This document shows, one piece after another, positions 57,751 to 64,000 of a stretch of DNA of 64,000 bases. Below the pieces are notes generated by a model. That model ran no database searches. It had not been told where the DNA came from and saw only the letters and a program-made list of their open reading frames with translations. The DNA is from Arenicellales bacterium (GTDB lineage Bacteria > Pseudomonadota > Gammaproteobacteria > Arenicellales > JAJDZL01). Both the position numbers and the translations under genes were made by a program. The stretch covers positions 1,652,933 through 1,716,932 of the forward strand of contig CBDCPT010000001.1 in assembly GCA_965220395.1 (NCBI GenBank), read 5' to 3'. The number at the start of each line of letters is the position of its first letter. Position 1 is the first letter of the stretch.

Positions 57751-58860
57751 TCAATGTCGCTGTAGATTGTTCTGAATCTGCTCGACTTGTTTGCGACTCA
57801 TTCCGGTATATTGACAAATCTTACGGATTTCCATCCCATCGCGAATCAAATTTTCGGCGAATTTTTCCGAAGCTTTTTTCTCTCCCTCTTTCACGCCTTT
57901 TTTCAGCCCTTGTTCCAAACCTTGTTCCAAGCCTTGTTCCAAGCTCTCATTTTTGATTTCGTCAAAATAAGATAACATCGATCGTTTCCTCTTCGGTAGT
58001 GTTTGCTCTTCAATGCGAGCTATGGTTTCGTAGCTAATGCGCTTGCTATGTGTCAAGTGGGACTGCAAATAGTTTACCACCATTGGCAGCAGCCGATTCC
58101 GTTTTTCATCGCTCAAGCCTTTTGCCAGTCGAAACACCTTTTCGAACGTTCGCTCATCGGCGTCCCACACCTTCGACAGCGCATAAAGCACCACCTCAGA
58201 ATCCATGCCGGCGGCGAGTCCTTGTGCAATGACCTCATGCAAATTCACCATCTTGCACCTGAAATTCAAAAAATACCCGCCCCATTCACCCTGCAGACGA
58301 TCGGAAACCGGCTGCAAGCTCTGTTGGAACTCCAAGGGTCCTGACCAATTGGGCTTTTCGCCGTTATAGATGATCATCGGCAGCACCCGGCATTGTTTGC
58401 CTTCTCGTAAATACAGGGACGTCTGATAGCCCAGCAGTTGCATCAGCGCGTTGGAGTCCGAGGCGCTTTTGTGCTCCAGCAGAAAAATGAACTTGGTCGC
58501 GGAGTGGTCCTCCCTGGTGTGGACCGAAAAGATCAAGTCGGCGAACTTCTCGCGCCCGGCTTGATTGATCAGAGAACTGGAATCCATATCCAGGGTCTGC
58601 CAGTTGAACTCGTTGATGGTGGCCTCGTCAAAGGCGATTGCGAACAGTTCCCGACTCAAGTCGCCCACCCCATCCTCACGATGATAGGTGAACTTGAACA
58701 GATTGTCGTGAGTCGGTTCGATAGAAAGGTCTGGGGGTGATTGGGATGTCTGTTTGGCCATGGTTGCCACTCCGGGTGTACGTTGCATAGGTTGATCGAG
58801 TGTCCTGAACCGCTTCACGATTCGAACGACTTGACCCTGATCTGAACTCGTCGGCCGCAC
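57751..58860 (-). CDS. Rpn-family recombination-promoting nuclease / putative transposase (PD-(D/E)XK, YhgA-like); start uncertain
   Basis: DNLFKFTY..., ADLIFSV, FIFLLEHKS and LPMIIYNG follow the Rpn/Transposase_31 pattern. The C-terminal repeat is EQGLEQGLEQGL. Confidence 0.75.
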   Translation of the reverse strand: MRPTSSDQGQVVRIVKRFRTLDQPMQRTPGVATMAKQTSQSPPDLSIEPTHDNLFKFTYHREDGVGDLSRELFAIAFDEATINEFNWQTLDMDSSSLINQAGREKFADLIFSVHTREDHSATKFIFLLEHKSASDSNALMQLLGYQTSLYLREGKQCRVLPMIIYNGEKPNWSGPLEFQQSLQPVSDRLQGEWGGYFLNFRCKMVNLHEVIAQGLAAGMDSEVVLYALSKVWDADERTFEKVFRLAKGLSDEKRNRLLPMVVNYLQSHLTHSKRISYETIARIEEQTLPKRKRSMLSYFDEIKNESLEQGLEQGLEQGLKKGVKEGEKKASEKFAENLIRDGMEIRKICQYTGMSRKQVEQIQNNLQRH

Positions 58861-59113
58861 AATCCGTGCGGGTCGGGGTTCCGACTTCTCGGGTTAACTT
58901 AGCCAATTCGCATGAAAAGTCAAGCGAAAACTCGAAATTGCTCGTGATGAGTTTTTTGTGCCCGTGTAGTTTCCCAAATTAAACCAGTGAAAACCCCCGC
59001 AAATTTCCTACAATAATTCGCAGCCGAAACGAGACTTTTCCAAAATAAGCCGAAACGGCAACTAGCTCATTTTCGCGGTCTCGAACATAGCCAAAGACAG
59101 GCTTTCATAAAAA

Positions 59114-59145
59114 GAATCGCACCGTGTATGAACACGGTGCGATTC
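59114..59145 (-). terminator. Strong hairpin (14-bp perfect stem, 4-nt loop) with a T-run on the minus strand. It is either a terminator-like structure or a structure at the end of the transposon.
   Basis: GAATCGCACCGTGT-atga-ACACGGTGCGATTC. The minus strand continues TTTTTA. Confidence 0.4.
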
Positions 59146-59201
59146 CCTATCACAACCGAACAAAACGGGCGAACGGCCCGCAAGTACGCCGGAGCGGAAC
59201 A

Positions 59202-59759
59202 ATGCAAATTCTTCATCCAACGACTTTGAACGATCATGATTATGTTATCAGAAAAGGGCACAGGGACGCAACCCTGTCGTGGTGTCCGAATCATCCTGAC
59301 GGGGGCTGCGCATTCCATCGTCACGGCACTTATTCGCGCAAGACCCGCTACGGCGAGGCGCTGATAGTGCGCTATTACTGCCGTGAAAACCATCAGACAT
59401 TCAGCCTGCTGCCCGAATTTTTTGCAGCCCGCATGCCGGGCACCTTGGCACAGGTCGAGCGTGCGGCGGCGCAACTCGAAAGGGATGACGCAGATCTGCA
59501 GGCGGTGAGGAAGGTACACGGCAATGGTTACATAGACGATTCGGGCGTGTGGCGCTGGGCGCGACGCCGTCAACTCCATGTGCAAGTGTTTCTGACGTTG
59601 CTGATCGCTCTGTTCCCGCTGCGCTTCGAGGGCTGTCAGCCAAGGCTTGAATGCGTGCGCGACCGGCTCCGCGGGGATTGCTTTCTGGTGTCGGCCCGCG
59701 CCTTGTGCTGCGAGCATCTGCAAAGCCTTCCAACGCCTGTGGGAGTGAGGCCTCCATAG
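59202..59759 (+). CDS. Hypothetical Cys/His-rich protein upstream of a DDE integrase (GC-rich element)
   Basis: CPNHPDGGCAFHRHG...YYCRENH. It is co-directional with the integrase gene. The opposite-strand ORF looks spurious. Confidence 0.5.
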   Translation: MQILHPTTLNDHDYVIRKGHRDATLSWCPNHPDGGCAFHRHGTYSRKTRYGEALIVRYYCRENHQTFSLLPEFFAARMPGTLAQVERAAAQLERDDADLQAVRKVHGNGYIDDSGVWRWARRRQLHVQVFLTLLIALFPLRFEGCQPRLECVRDRLRGDCFLVSARALCCEHLQSLPTPVGVRPP

Positions 59760-59768
59760 CAGAAAACA

Positions 59769-60692
59769 GTGGGAAAAATCCGCTTTTCCCATTCCAACAC
59801 GGATTGGAATTGCAAACCGCGGTCGAGGATGGCTATCGTGTCATTTTCAGCCATGATTGGAGACCTGGTGAGCGATATGCCAACCCCCGACGAAGAATAC
59901 CGACAGCGAGTTGCGTTGTTTCGCTACGGCGTGATCGCCGATCTTTTGCATGCCCCGCCGGATGCCGGGTCGCTGGCGGCGCGGATTCACGCCAAGACTG
60001 AACAGTCGTATGTGATTCCGTATTCGAGTCGCACCCGGATTGGCAAGGCGACTGTGTATGGCTGGCTGCAGCAGCATCAGCAAGGTGGCTTTGACGCCTT
60101 GATGCCGAAACGCCGCAGTGACCGAGGTCGTGCGCGGCGGATGCCGGTGGAACTCATCGAGGCCTTGCTGGAGCACAAGCGCGACCACCCGAAGTCGAGT
60201 GTGCGCGAAGTGATTGCGGCGGTGCGCGAAGCCGAGCGGCTCGGCGCCGAGGTGCCGATGCCGGCCTCCACGGTGCATCGGCTGTTCGAGCGCGAGGGAC
60301 TGATGCAGGCGGTGGCACCGGTGCCCCAGGATCGGCGGCGTTTTGCGTATCGCTATGCCGGCGAGTTATGGATGAGTGATGTCATGCACGGACCGGCGGT
60401 GATTCACCACGGGCGAAGACGGCAAAAAACCTATCTGATCGCCTTCATCGATGACGCGACCCGGGTGCTTCCCTATGCGGCGTTTGATTTTTCAGAAAAC
60501 ACCGCCGCGTTCCAGCAGGTGATGAAACAGGCGATGATCCGTCGTGGCCTGCCACAGCGGCTCTACGTCGACAACGGTGCCTGCTATCGTTCGCACCAGC
60601 TGTCGGTGGTATGTGCCAAACTGAACATCGCGCTCGTTCACGCCCGGCCGTTCAGCCCAGCTGGAAAAGGCAAGATCGAGCGCTATATGTAA
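59769..60692 (+). pseudogene. DDE (rve) Mu/TniA-like integrase-transposase, truncated at its 3' end by insertion of the RIT element
   Basis: HTH region (ATVYGWLQQHQQGGFDAL), then WMSDVMHG..., IAFIDDATR, YVDNGACYRS and GKGKIER. The ORF then breaks off (..RYM-stop) exactly where the RIT terminal repeats begin. Confidence 0.8.
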
Positions 60693-60792
60693 AGCTTTAC
60701 ATATAGCGCTTTATGTAAAGTCTATTGTTATGTAAAGTCGGATTTGAATTTGCCCGAAAATCAAGAACTTCCGGGCAAATCGCTTTACATAA
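60679..60792. repeat. RIT terminal region: 32-bp perfect palindrome, three direct TATGTAAAG copies, two inverted CTTTACATA copies, and one hairpin
   Basis: The palindrome AGCGCTATATGTAAAG/CTTTACATATAGCGCT is at 60679-60710. TATGTAAAG occurs at 60686, 60712 and 60729. CTTTACATA occurs at 60695 and 60783. The hairpin is TTTGCCCG...CGGGCAAA. Confidence 0.85.
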
Positions 60793-61797
60793 TTATTGCC
60801 TTGCCATGTCGCTCAGAATCGCGATTAGCCGGTCTGGGGCATCTTTAAAGGAACCCTTGCGAATGCCAGGAGGAAAGCCGGCAGCGATGATGTCATGCTT
60901 TTCCGACGGGTCAACCCTGAGGTAAATCTCGGTGCTCTGGATGCTTGCATGTCCCAACCACAGGGACACCTTGCGGATGTCGCCTGTAGTTTCCAGGATA
61001 TGTAGCGCACAGGCATGCCTCAGGGTGTGCGGCGAAACTCGCTTGTTTGATAAAGACGGCTGCTGTTTGCGTGCGGTTTCAAGATGCACGGCGACGCGAT
61101 GATTGAACCCCTGCCGGGTCATAGCTGTTGCACGCGCATTCAAGAAAAAATGTGTATCGGCGCTGTCGGGGCGAATCGCGAGCCAATGCCTAAGCAGTGG
61201 CTTGGTTTCTTTCCACAGTGGCATAATCCGCATTCGGCGTCCTTTGCCCATTACATGCACAGTGTCGAGATTCGGCTTGCGAAGATCGTCCAGAGTCAGA
61301 CCCACCAGTTCGGACACTCGCAGTCCGGCGGCATAGGTAAGATGAAGCATTGCCCGGTCGCGGATGCCAGAGAACGAGTTCGTCTGAGGTGCGTCCAGCA
61401 GCGCGGTCAGCTCTTCGCGGCTCAATGTGTCGATGAGTGGTTCGTCGACACGCTTAAGCGGAATGGCGCGTACCTGCCCAGCCAGATCAAGGCGATGTGT
61501 TTCGCGAAATTCCAGATAGCGGAAAAAACTCTTGATCGCGGCCAGGCGGTTATTGCGAGTACGCACGCTGTTGCCGCATTCGTTTTCCAGATGCTCGAGG
61601 AAGTCCAGAATCAGCTCCACGCCGAGATCATCGGTTTCTAAGAGACACGGCCTGACGTCGAGTCTTTCGGACACAAATCCAACGAACAGCTTAAAGCACA
61701 AGGCGTAGCTGGAGACCGTATGCGGACTGGCGCCGCTGTCGCGCGGCAGATATTCCCTAAGGAAAGCCCCCAAATGTTTAGCCAGATCAGTCATCAT
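60793..61797 (-). CDS. Tyrosine recombinase, third gene of the RIT trio (RitC position)
   Basis: XerC/D-like. RAMLHLTYAAGLRVSEL, HTLRHACALH and LGHASIQSTEIYLRV supply the R, HxxR and Y residues. Confidence 0.85.
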   Translation of the reverse strand: MMTDLAKHLGAFLREYLPRDSGASPHTVSSYALCFKLFVGFVSERLDVRPCLLETDDLGVELILDFLEHLENECGNSVRTRNNRLAAIKSFFRYLEFRETHRLDLAGQVRAIPLKRVDEPLIDTLSREELTALLDAPQTNSFSGIRDRAMLHLTYAAGLRVSELVGLTLDDLRKPNLDTVHVMGKGRRMRIMPLWKETKPLLRHWLAIRPDSADTHFFLNARATAMTRQGFNHRVAVHLETARKQQPSLSNKRVSPHTLRHACALHILETTGDIRKVSLWLGHASIQSTEIYLRVDPSEKHDIIAAGFPPGIRKGSFKDAPDRLIAILSDMARQ

Positions 61798-62738
61798 TCA
61801 GCCCTCCCGTCCCGGGGTGCCGATTGCGCAACATCCGCGATCTGGCGAAGCAGCACGGGTGTCGCCTCAAGGTACCAGTATGTGGATGACACATCAACGT
61901 GCCCCATGTAGGTACTCAACGCGAGCATGTGGCGGCTGACGCGGTCGCGGTCAGAGGCAATTGCGGCTTCGAGACTGCGCACGGCAAAGGCATGACGCAG
62001 GTCGTGAAGTCGAGTTCCTGGCTCATTCGGGCCGCCACGCAGCCCGACTTTGCGGGCCAACTTGATGAACGTTCGGGTCAGCAAGTCGGGGTATAGCGCA
62101 TTGCCTGTCGAAAGGACAAACAAATGCTCGCTGGCGGCTGCGCAGCGGGCGCGGATAACCAGATAGCGTTCGATTGCCTGGCGGGTGGTCGGGTGCAGGA
62201 CAACCAGTCGACTTTTACCGAACTTGGTGCGCCTGATGTTCAGTCCGTCCGGGACCAGATCGCTCAGTTTCAGCGAACAGGCTTCTGATGCACGCAATCC
62301 CGTTGAAGCGACCAGGCCGATACTGTAATGATAGGTATGTCGATTGATCGAATCGGCGGGGGACAGACAAAGTGCAGCATCCATAATCAGCCGGATCTCA
62401 TCTGGCTTGAGCAGATGCGGTGTCGGTCGCCGCGCGATGTTGACCCGGCCGAGCGCGTCCGGATTCGGAATTTCATGACGGTCATCTTCCGCATGCAGCC
62501 ACACTGCCAGCTTGCGCACTGAACGCAGCCGCACACATTTTTCCCGCGGCGATGATGCCAGCGACGCCCATACCACTGCACTGGACACCAGAACATGGCG
62601 ATCGCCCTGGCTCATGGCCCAGACGGCGAAGGCATGCAGCCGGCCCGATTCAGTCGCAAAATTGAGACCGAGTTTCTGCTTGAACGCAACAAATCGTTCA
62701 ACATCTCGCAGCAATGTCATTGCCCACCTCCTAGCCAT
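61794..62738 (-). CDS. Tyrosine recombinase, second gene of the RIT trio (RitB position)
   Basis: GLRASEACSL, LHDLRHAFAV and MGHVDVSSTYWYL. It overlaps both neighbours by a few nt. Confidence 0.85.
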   Translation of the reverse strand: MARRWAMTLLRDVERFVAFKQKLGLNFATESGRLHAFAVWAMSQGDRHVLVSSAVVWASLASSPREKCVRLRSVRKLAVWLHAEDDRHEIPNPDALGRVNIARRPTPHLLKPDEIRLIMDAALCLSPADSINRHTYHYSIGLVASTGLRASEACSLKLSDLVPDGLNIRRTKFGKSRLVVLHPTTRQAIERYLVIRARCAAASEHLFVLSTGNALYPDLLTRTFIKLARKVGLRGGPNEPGTRLHDLRHAFAVRSLEAAIASDRDRVSRHMLALSTYMGHVDVSSTYWYLEATPVLLRQIADVAQSAPRDGRAE

Positions 62739-63964
62739 GGCTGTGCGACCGTTTCCAGCATGGGCCGGTCAACCTTGGCATAGATTGCGGTCGTTGTCGA
62801 GGACCGGTGGCGCAGCAATGTCTGAATTTCATCAAGTGTCGCCCCACCCCTAAGCAGGGCGGTTGCCGCCGAGTGACGAAAAAGATGCGCGCCTCGGGGA
62901 CCGGTTTTTTCAATGCCTGCGCGCCGCAAAGCCCTCGCGACGATATTGCTGATCGTGCAGACGTTGCCGATCGGTCGGTACGGCGCCACTGCGGTCAGAA
63001 ACAGCCGTTGGCGATCGCTTCGCGGACGCGCCTTTTCCAAATACTCCAACACTGCATCACCCGCATCCTGCGGCAGCGGCAGTGCCACGGCCCGTCTGGA
63101 TTTGCCGCACACCTGAATCCGTGCATTGATCCAGTCAAGGTGGTCGAACCTCAGTGCCGTAATGTCGCCGGCGCGCAAGCCCAGCCGGGCCATCAACAGA
63201 AACATGGCCCGATCCCGCAGCCCTGCCGGATTGGCAGGGTCGCAGGTGGCGATGACCCGTTCTATCTCATCGGCTTCCAAGTACCGGGGCACCGAAGACA
63301 GCCGCCATTTCGTTACCGACATTACGCTCCCGACCAGTCCCGGCGGACACAGTCCGCGAGTGCTCAGAAACCGAAGATACATGCGAGTCGAACCGGCCAC
63401 GGCTTGAGCTAACGACACCGACGATCCTTGAAAGCGACGCAATAGCGCATCTCGAATCTGCTGTGCGTTATACTCCTCCGCAGTGCCGAGGTGCGGTAGC
63501 AAACTGCAAACCTGCCGCACATGCTGATTGACAGTTGATTCCTGAATACCCCGGTGGCGGCGAAGCCAGTGTGCAAATTCCGGCAGCCTCGGCTGGCGCT
63601 TCTCGCACGGCATCAGGCTTGCATCTGAAACCGCGCCTCGCGACACCAAAAACTCGACGAAACGATTCACCGCGGCACGAGTCTTTTCATTATCGGAAAT
63701 CCCCCTATGGAAGCCTCCGCACCAGCAATCGTGTCCGATGAACCGATGCACAGCACCCACATCCAGTGCTGCAATCGAAATTCTCGACTGATGAAGCCAG
63801 ACCAGCAGGTGTGTGCTTACACCCCGGTAGCTCTTTCGTGTAGACGCACTGTAGGCGTTTTCAGACAGGTGATTCAAGAACGCGTTCAGCAGGCAGCGAG
63901 CCCGTTCTTGCTCACCTGGATGGCGGGTTCTGCCGATCTGCTCGAAAAAACCGACCAGCCTCAA
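62717..63964 (-). CDS. Tyrosine recombinase, first gene of the RIT trio (RitA position)
   Basis: RAMFLLMARLGLRAGDI, AHLFRHSAAT and LRHRSSTTTAIYAKV. 415 aa. Confidence 0.85.
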   Translation of the reverse strand: MRLVGFFEQIGRTRHPGEQERARCLLNAFLNHLSENAYSASTRKSYRGVSTHLLVWLHQSRISIAALDVGAVHRFIGHDCWCGGFHRGISDNEKTRAAVNRFVEFLVSRGAVSDASLMPCEKRQPRLPEFAHWLRRHRGIQESTVNQHVRQVCSLLPHLGTAEEYNAQQIRDALLRRFQGSSVSLAQAVAGSTRMYLRFLSTRGLCPPGLVGSVMSVTKWRLSSVPRYLEADEIERVIATCDPANPAGLRDRAMFLLMARLGLRAGDITALRFDHLDWINARIQVCGKSRRAVALPLPQDAGDAVLEYLEKARPRSDRQRLFLTAVAPYRPIGNVCTISNIVARALRRAGIEKTGPRGAHLFRHSAATALLRGGATLDEIQTLLRHRSSTTTAIYAKVDRPMLETVAQPWLGGGQ

Positions 63965-64000
63965 TACGCCTGACAGCCTATTGCGGAGGCGCCGACCCTG

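Larger units (their letters stand above)
60679..64000 (-). mobile_element. Recombinase-in-trio (RIT) element; left end in the window, right end beyond 64000
   Basis: Three consecutive, overlapping tyrosine recombinase genes on one strand, plus a ~110-bp terminal region with repeated 9-mers. Confidence 0.8.

Noticed and set aside
59067-59792. 241-aa minus-strand ORF antisense to the Cys/His-rich ORF in the GC-rich region.
   Set aside because: Long spurious ORFs are expected in GC-rich DNA. The sequence is low-complexity and Arg/Ala/Cys-rich with no motif. The plus-strand ORF is co-directional with the integrase and has a structured Cys/His pattern.
1-64000. Scan for CRISPR arrays, rRNA genes and additional tRNAs.
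   Set aside because: No regularly spaced direct repeats, no rRNA-like segments, and no further GGTTCGAATCC-type T-loops were seen in the intergenic regions.

Overview
This 64-kb window is a chromosomal proteobacterial backbone, probably gammaproteobacterial and C1-capable. The C1 call rests on fae plus a block of tetrahydromethanopterin/pterin-type biosynthesis genes.

Housekeeping content:
- BepA-like protease, HtrA-type protease and gmk-yicC
- an RND efflux pair
- glcDEF, coq7 and metY
- several transporters

Mobile and selfish elements:
- a group II intron (about 1-1946)
- two cargo-carrying IS1595-family elements with clean terminal inverted repeats and 8-bp flanking repeats (4190-7052 and 14235-17281)
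- a roughly 200-bp MITE-like insertion that splits the second transposase
- an AT-rich island holding a zinc-ribbon/DUF4145 protein and a PstI/BsuBI-type R-M pair (34.8-38.2 kb)
- four toxin-antitoxin loci: a hicB-hicA pair, an IS-borne hicB/hicA-like pair, a decayed higBA, and a brnTA with an inactivated toxin
- an IS630 remnant and an Rpn-family nuclease gene
- a GC-rich transposon remnant whose DDE integrase is cut by a recombinase-in-trio (RIT) element running off the right edge

The most unusual object is a 94-nt tRNA gene (14326-14419) inside the second IS1595 element. It has a Leu-like D arm, a 26-nt variable arm and A73, but a proline CGG anticodon.

The two IS1595 elements share a modular layout: transposase, variable cargo, a conserved ~110-bp palindromic module, more cargo, a small basic ORF, then the distal inverted repeat. 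I have not seen this layout described.

No rRNA genes or CRISPR arrays were seen. All calls come from reading the sequence and recalling family motifs; no searches were run.
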